Origin: Flavobacteriaceae bacterium
GTDB lineage: Bacteria; Bacteroidota; Bacteroidia; Flavobacteriales; Flavobacteriaceae
Assembly (NCBI GenBank): GCA_036170135.1
Contig: JAVHOP010000010.1
Coordinates: forward strand, 1 to 53,075
Direction of reading: 5' to 3'
DNA: 53,075 nt
The notes under the pieces are model-generated. The model was not told the DNA's origin, ran no database searches, and saw only the letters and a program-made list of their open reading frames with translations. The position numbers and the translations under genes are program-made. Of the stretch, positions 47,472-53,075 are shown piece by piece (position 1 is the stretch's first letter; every line of letters begins with the position of its first letter).

Positions 47472-50400
47472 ATGAAAACAAAGTTTAGTGGAATCATAAC
47501 GCTATTTTTAGTGTTATTGGTGCAAATATCGTTTGCACAAGACAAAACTATCTCTGGTAAAGTTTCTGATGAAACAGGACCATTACCAGGTGTTAGTGTA
47601 TTAATTAAAGGAACTACAAGTGGTACCGAAACCGATTTTGATGGTAAATATACTATCAAAGCTAAAGTTGGTGATGTACTGCAATATAGTTTTGTTGGAA
47701 TGGCAACCGCTTATAAAACAGTCGGGGCTAACAATACTATTGATGTAGTATTAAAAGCTTCGGATAATGTTTTAGATGAAGTTGTTGTTACCGCTTTAGG
47801 TATGAAAAGAGCAGCAAAAACGCTTTCTTATGCCTCTCAAAGTGTAAAAGGAGAAGATTTAAATCTTACTCAAGCAACTAATATGAAAACTGCTTTAGCA
47901 GGTAAAGTAGCTGGTGTTCAAATTGTTGGACAAGCTGGCGCAAAATTAGGTGCTGCTGGTAAAATTAGAATTAGAGGTGCAATATCTCTAACACAAGACA
48001 ATGATCCATTATATGTTGTTGATGGTGTCCCAACAGACCCAAACAATATTGATATGGATAATGTTTTAACTTTAAACGTACTTAAAGGCCCAAATGCTAC
48101 GGCACTTTACGGACAAAGAGCAGATTCTGGTGTTGTTGTTATCACAACAAAACAAGGTGCTCAAGGTTTAGGTATTGAGATCACAAGTGCTGCAACTTTC
48201 GAAAAAGTAGCTTATTTACCTCATTACCAAAATCTTTACGGTGGTGGTTATGAAGGAAATGACTCTTTCGGAACCTTTAACTTTAGTGATGATCCTGGAT
48301 ATGAACCAGCATGGTCTGTTTTAAATGGCGCACGTCATTTATTATGGGATAATAACTATGCTGATGAAAGTTGGGGTCCAAAATTTGACGGCCAGCCTTA
48401 TGCCCCTTGGTATGCTTGGTGGCCTGGAAGTGCAGCTAATCCTAATCCTTATTTTGGAAAAACTGTTCCTTATTCTGCACAACCAAATAATGTTAAAGAT
48501 TTTTATGATACCGGTGTCACTTTAAAAAACATTGTATCGGTTTTTGGTGGTGATGATAAATTTCATGGTAGAATAAGCTTTACTGACTTAGATCAAAATG
48601 GTATTACACCTTCTACAACCTTAAAAAAACAATATGTAAGCACTAAATTTGACTATAATGTTAGCGATGATTTTAATATAGCTGTTAATTTTAATTTTAC
48701 TTCAAGTAATGTTTTAGGTAATTTTAATGATGGTTATGGCAACCAAACTTCGGGATCTTTTAATTCTTGGTTTAATAGAAATATTGATACCAATATTTTA
48801 AGAGAATTAAAAGACTTGCAAACTCCTGATGGCTACCAAGCATCTTGGAACTGGTGGGGTCCTGAATATTATACTTCTGGTGGTGGTTTTAAAAAACCAG
48901 CTTTTTGGTTTAATCCATACACTTTCCAAGAAAGATATAAAATTCGAAATAAAAACGAAGATGTTGTTGGAAGTATTACCGGTACTTACAAAATTAATAA
49001 CAATTGGAGTGCTAGTGTAACGGGTTCTAGAAATCAAAACAATTACAGATATAGTTTTTATTTACCTTATAGTGTATCTTTTTCTGCTGCACCAGAATTA
49101 TATAATCCTTGGAGTAACTCTTTTGGCTTATATAATAGAACAACCTTCGAAAATAACATTAGTGGCGCTTTAAATTACAAAAAAGATTTTGGCGATTTTG
49201 ATGTTGAAGGATTTATTGGTGGAAATATGCGTGAAAATGGTTATGATAACTTATCTGCCCAAATGAACCCTGGGGCTAAATCTGGCGGTTTAATTATTCC
49301 TGATGTTTATACTTTTGCTAATGCTGGCGAAGTTCCTGCTCCAAGTTCTTTTTCTGATAGAAAAAAGGTAAGAAGCGTTTATGCAAAAGCATCTCTTGGT
49401 TATAAAGACTATTTATATGTAGATGGTACTTATAGAAAAGACTGGAGTTCTGCTTTACCAGGAAATAATAATGGTTATGGCTACCCTTCTATTGGATCTA
49501 GTTTTATCTTTAGCAACCTTTTAGATAAAAAAGACATGCTTTCATTTGGTAAATTTAGAGCTGGTTGGGCACAAGTTGGTAATGATGTTGGCGCTTTATT
49601 AATTAATCCGGTTAACCCATTATCTGCAAAACCTTACAATGGTTTAACATTGATGTACACCCCTACTACTTTAATAGATCCTAATATCAAACCTGCCTTA
49701 AACTCTTCATTAGAAGCTGGTTTTGATCTTAAATTCTATCAAAATAGATATGGCTTAAGTGTTACTTATTACAAAGAAAACAGAAAAGACGAAATTATCC
49801 CAGTAAGTATTTCTAGAACCACAGGTTATGATAGTTTCTTAACCAATGCAGGTGAAACTGAAAGAAAAGGTGTTGAAATTAGTGTTGATGCAGCAGTTGT
49901 AAAATCAGAAGATTTTAATTGGAATGCTACATTAAACTGGGCTAAAAATAAAACTACCGTTGTTAGTTTAGCTGGAGATCTTAAAGCTATGAATGCTCCT
50001 GGTGGAGCTGGTGCCTTTGGATTTGTTACCATGGTACACGAATTAGGTAATAATTGGGGTCAATTAAAAGGAACCGCTATTAAAAAAGACGCAAATGGTA
50101 TCCCTGTAATAAATGCAAATGGTACTTACGCAACCCAAAGTGGTCAATACCTTGGTAGTGTTTTACCTGATTTTACAGGTGGTGTTATCAACTCTTTCAG
50201 CTATAAAGGATTTGGTTTAACTGCTGCAATCGACTTCCAAAAAGGTGGTAAATTCTTCTCTTTATCAGAAATGTGGGGAACTTACACAGGTTTATTAGCC
50301 GAAACTGCTGTTTTAAATGATAAAGGTAATAATGTGCGTGATGCTGTTGCCGATGGTGGTGGTGTTCATGTTATTGGGGTAAATGCTACAGGTACTCCTG

Positions 50401-50720
50401 TTGATATGTATGCTAATGCTCATACATATTTTAGCCAATGGTATTCTAATCGTTTAGCCGAACCATTTGTACACGATGCAAGTTTTATTAAACTACGTGA
50501 ATTAAGTTTGTCTTATACCTTACCAAAAAGTTTACTAAAAGATCAAAAAGTTATAAAAGGTGCTAATTTAAGTGTTGTTGCTAGAAATCTTTGGTTAATC
50601 TCTGTTTCTAAAGAAAATAAACACGGTTGGGATCCTTCTGAATTATCACAAACTTTTGGTGAAGATGGTCAATTACCAGGTACGAGAAGTTTTGGTATGA
50701 ACTTAAGAATAACATTTTAA
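47472..50720 (+). CDS. SusC/RagA-family TonB-linked outer-membrane transporter
   Basis: Signal peptide MKTKFSGIITLFLVLLVQISFAQ, with the ATG at 47472 preferred over 47421. It has a CarboxypepD_reg domain (GKVSDETGPLPGVSVLIKGT..GTETDFDGKYTI), a plug (LYVVDGVP) and a terminal F. Confidence 0.93.
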   Translation: MKTKFSGIITLFLVLLVQISFAQDKTISGKVSDETGPLPGVSVLIKGTTSGTETDFDGKYTIKAKVGDVLQYSFVGMATAYKTVGANNTIDVVLKASDNVLDEVVVTALGMKRAAKTLSYASQSVKGEDLNLTQATNMKTALAGKVAGVQIVGQAGAKLGAAGKIRIRGAISLTQDNDPLYVVDGVPTDPNNIDMDNVLTLNVLKGPNATALYGQRADSGVVVITTKQGAQGLGIEITSAATFEKVAYLPHYQNLYGGGYEGNDSFGTFNFSDDPGYEPAWSVLNGARHLLWDNNYADESWGPKFDGQPYAPWYAWWPGSAANPNPYFGKTVPYSAQPNNVKDFYDTGVTLKNIVSVFGGDDKFHGRISFTDLDQNGITPSTTLKKQYVSTKFDYNVSDDFNIAVNFNFTSSNVLGNFNDGYGNQTSGSFNSWFNRNIDTNILRELKDLQTPDGYQASWNWWGPEYYTSGGGFKKPAFWFNPYTFQERYKIRNKNEDVVGSITGTYKINNNWSASVTGSRNQNNYRYSFYLPYSVSFSAAPELYNPWSNSFGLYNRTTFENNISGALNYKKDFGDFDVEGFIGGNMRENGYDNLSAQMNPGAKSGGLIIPDVYTFANAGEVPAPSSFSDRKKVRSVYAKASLGYKDYLYVDGTYRKDWSSALPGNNNGYGYPSIGSSFIFSNLLDKKDMLSFGKFRAGWAQVGNDVGALLINPVNPLSAKPYNGLTLMYTPTTLIDPNIKPALNSSLEAGFDLKFYQNRYGLSVTYYKENRKDEIIPVSISRTTGYDSFLTNAGETERKGVEISVDAAVVKSEDFNWNATLNWAKNKTTVVSLAGDLKAMNAPGGAGAFGFVTMVHELGNNWGQLKGTAIKKDANGIPVINANGTYATQSGQYLGSVLPDFTGGVINSFSYKGFGLTAAIDFQKGGKFFSLSEMWGTYTGLLAETAVLNDKGNNVRDAVADGGGVHVIGVNATGTPVDMYANAHTYFSQWYSNRLAEPFVHDASFIKLRELSLSYTLPKSLLKDQKVIKGANLSVVARNLWLISVSKENKHGWDPSELSQTFGEDGQLPGTRSFGMNLRITF

Positions 50721-50731
50721 TTAATAGAAAA

Positions 50732-52201
50732 ATGAAAAATATAAAAATTTTAATACTAAGTTCTGTTTTAATACTACTTAGTGCGTGTAATAATGTCGAT
50801 TTTGGTGACATTAATAAAAACACCAATGGAGCTAGCGAAATTAGTGCAGCCTCTGCATTAGCAGGCGCTATGATGAATTATGCTACCATTACTGGTCGTG
50901 ATTATATTACCAAACCTACATTATATGTTCAGTATCAATCTCAAGTTACTTATACTGATGAGATGAGATATAACGAAGCTGCTTCTAGCTGGTTTTCTTA
51001 TTATGTGCAAACAATGTCTAATTTACAACAAGTTATCAATATTAATTCAGACGCTGCTAACCACACTGTAATTTTACTTAGCCAAGGCTTTCCTGCAAAC
51101 CAAATTGGTGTTGCTAAAATTATGAAAGCTGTTATCGCAAAAAGAGTTACGGATACTTATGGAAATATTCCTTATTCTGAAGCTTTAGACCCAAGTAATG
51201 TTACCCCTGCTTACGATTCTCAAGAAAGTATTTACAATGCGCTAATTGCCGATGTAAAAGCAGGTAGAGATATGTTAGATGCTTCTAAATTAGGACCAAC
51301 AGGTGATATTATTTATAATGGTGATGTGACGAAATGGAAAAAATTTGCAAATTCTTTCCTTTTACAAATTACATTGCAATTATCTAAAAAATTCCCTGCT
51401 CCATCTGGAATGGCTGCAACCGAATTTAAATCGGCACTAAACAATGCTGCTGGTGTTATAGAATCAGTTGAAGACGAAGCTTGGTTTTCTTATCAAGATG
51501 GTGCCGGATTTAGAAACCCTTGGTTTGCCAACAGAACAACTGACTATTTCTTATCACAAGAGTTCACCGATGCCTTAAAAGGTAATGCTGCTTTAAACCC
51601 CACTACTAATAGAACTTCTGATAGTAGAATGAGTGTTTATGCAAAAAACAGCAATGATGGCGTTCCTTATGGTTACAAAAATGGTAGTGGTGCTGGCAAA
51701 AACCAAATGTCAACAACTCATTATTGGAATGCTACTTCTCCACTTCCACTGTTAACAGCATCTTACACTTTCTTAAATAGAGCTGATGCCGCTGCTAGAG
51801 GTTGGACAACAGAGAATGCCGCCAATATGTTGCGATCAGGTATAGAATTATCTTTTTCTACCCTTGAAGCTCATTCTGGTGTTGCTATTGCTGCCGATGG
51901 TCCTGATTATGCGACTGCTAGATTAGCCGATGCTGTTACTCATGGAATGAATAAAGTAATATCAGAAGAAAAATGGGTATCGCTTTTCCCAAATGGATTT
52001 GACGCTTGGTCTGAATGGAGAAGAACTGATGTTCCTACTTTAGTTCCTGCTACCGATTATCTTAATAACGGAACCATAGCTAGAAGATATTTGTATCCTG
52101 TTGAAGAAGCAAGTTTAAATGGTGCTAACAACCTTACCGGAATTAGCGCTTTATCACCTGCAACTGATAATAATTCATCAAAAGTTTGGTGGGATCAATA
52201 A
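50732..52201 (+). CDS. SusD/RagB-family nutrient-binding outer-membrane lipoprotein
   Basis: Lipoprotein signal ILILSSVLILLSAC, located 11 nt downstream of susC. 489 aa with TPR-like helical content, ending WWDQ. Confidence 0.85.
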   Translation: MKNIKILILSSVLILLSACNNVDFGDINKNTNGASEISAASALAGAMMNYATITGRDYITKPTLYVQYQSQVTYTDEMRYNEAASSWFSYYVQTMSNLQQVININSDAANHTVILLSQGFPANQIGVAKIMKAVIAKRVTDTYGNIPYSEALDPSNVTPAYDSQESIYNALIADVKAGRDMLDASKLGPTGDIIYNGDVTKWKKFANSFLLQITLQLSKKFPAPSGMAATEFKSALNNAAGVIESVEDEAWFSYQDGAGFRNPWFANRTTDYFLSQEFTDALKGNAALNPTTNRTSDSRMSVYAKNSNDGVPYGYKNGSGAGKNQMSTTHYWNATSPLPLLTASYTFLNRADAAARGWTTENAANMLRSGIELSFSTLEAHSGVAIAADGPDYATARLADAVTHGMNKVISEEKWVSLFPNGFDAWSEWRRTDVPTLVPATDYLNNGTIARRYLYPVEEASLNGANNLTGISALSPATDNNSSKVWWDQ

Positions 52202-52217
52202 CGAGATGCTAACTTAA

Positions 52218-52260
52218 AAGAAAGCTCAATAAACAATTGTTTATTGAGCTTTCTTATTTT
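52218..52260 (+). terminator. Strong rho-independent terminator after the susD-like gene
   Basis: Perfect 19-nt inverted repeat AAGAAAGCTCAATAAACAA / TTGTTTATTGAGCTTTCTT (52218-52255), followed by ATTTT. Confidence 0.85.
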
Positions 52261-52437
52261 ACACAACCTTCTTTTTAAGAAATACATCAAAATTAATCCT
52301 TCAAAATGGCATTTTAAAACAAAACCTTAACATTCTTTTATCAATTCTTTAACTTTTTCTGTTAAAAAATTGGTCAATAAAAAATTTATTCTCAAATTTG
52401 ACGCTTAACTAATTCAAATAATTATACAATGAAAACA

Positions 52438-53075
52438 AAGTTTAGTGGAATTTTAACGCTATTCCTAGCGTTTATGGTGCAAATAACCTTTGCCCAACAA
52501 AAAACTGTTTCGGGTACTGTGTCTGATGACTCAGGTCCGCTCCCAGGTGTAAGTGTTATTGTAAAAGGCACTACAAATGGAACAGAATCTGATTTCGATG
52601 GAAAATACTCCATTAAAGCCAAAGCGGGAGACATTCTTCAGTTTAGCTTTGTTGGTATGGAGACCCAAGAGAAAAAAGTAGGAGATTCTAATACAATTAA
52701 TGTTAGCTTAAAATCTGCTAGCAATGTTTTAGATGAAGTAGTTGTAACAGCTCAAGGTATTAAAAAAGAAAAGAAAGCCTTAGGTTATGCCGTTTCTACT
52801 GTTTCAGAAGACCAGTTATCTCAACGTTCAGAAAGTGATGTTGCGCGTGTACTATCTGGCAAAACTTCTGGTGTTCAAATTAACGCAACTTCTGGTATGT
52901 CTGGTTCTGCTACCAACATTGTTATTAGAGGTTATAGTTCATTTAGCCAAAGCAATCAACCTTTATTTATTGTTGATGGTGTACCTTTTAATGGAGATAC
53001 CAATACAGGTTTTAATGGAAATACCAATACAGGTGGCGACTTCGTAGATGGTAATAGTGGTTCTTCTCGTTTCTT
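52438..53075 (+). CDS. Second SusC/RagA-family transporter (5' partial, runs off the window), a paralog of the 47472 gene
   Basis: Hand translation gives MKTKFSGILTLFLAFMVQITFAQQKTVSGTVSDDSGPLPGVSVIVKGTTNGTESDFDGKYSIKAKAGDILQFSFVGM...LFIVDGVPF. The frame stays open to the window end and is not in the ORF track. Confidence 0.9.
52987..53034 (+). repeat. In-frame 24-nt tandem duplication inside the second susC
   Basis: TTTAATGGAGATACCAATACAGGT followed by TTTAATGGAAATACCAATACAGGT, with 1 mismatch. It encodes FNGDTNTG FNGNTNTG. Confidence 0.9.

Noticed and set aside
47465-47659. Paired minus-strand ORFs at 47465-47659 and 52422-52634 with similar sequences (…PGNGPVSSETLPE… and …PGSGPESSDTVPE…).
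   Set aside because: Their similarity simply mirrors the conserved CarboxypepD_reg coding sequence of the two SusC paralogs on the opposite strand.
52787-53047. 86-aa plus-strand ORF with a repeated MEIPIQV segment.
   Set aside because: It is out of frame within the open SusC' reading frame. Its internal repeat is only the 24-nt tandem duplication read in the wrong frame.

Overview
AT-rich chromosomal window from a Bacteroidota (Flavobacteriia-like) genome. The taxon call rests on SusC/SusD pairs, CarboxypepD_reg-type TonB-dependent receptors, TAnnTTTG-type promoter boxes and a fused str-S10-spc-alpha ribosomal superoperon without tuf. All alignments and motif calls were made by eye and nothing was computed.

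Layout:
- 163-11092 (-): a tightly packed, TetR-led nine-gene cluster. It encodes a TonB-dependent receptor, alpha/beta hydrolase, Na+/solute symporter, SCP2-type thiolase, an atypical FabH-like protein, an adenylate-forming CoA ligase, an SDR and a secreted PHB-depolymerase-family esterase. I cannot assign it to a described pathway, and it is the best candidate for a novel system.
- 11299-21893: housekeeping genes (polytopic membrane protein, gcvP, PDH E1alpha plus E2, a LysM-PBP1 protein, guaA, a CtlX-like pentein enzyme).
- 21960-22810: a higBA toxin-antitoxin cassette wedged between two pentein-superfamily genes. It is flanked by an approximately 90% identical duplicate of the 3' end of the amidinotransferase gene, which looks like an insertion scar.
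- 23742-28545 (-): gltA, eno, carA and an orphan secreted protein.
- 28636-45515 (-): 32 genes from rpsL-rpsG-fusA-rpsJ through secY-infA-rpmJ-rpsM-rpsK-rpsD-rpoA-rplQ. rpmJ is absent from the ORF track and was found by hand.
- 45688-53075 (+): an Omp85-like protein followed by a SusC-SusD-SusC' array, with the last gene truncated by the window edge.

No rRNA, tRNA, CRISPR, transposase or integrase was seen.
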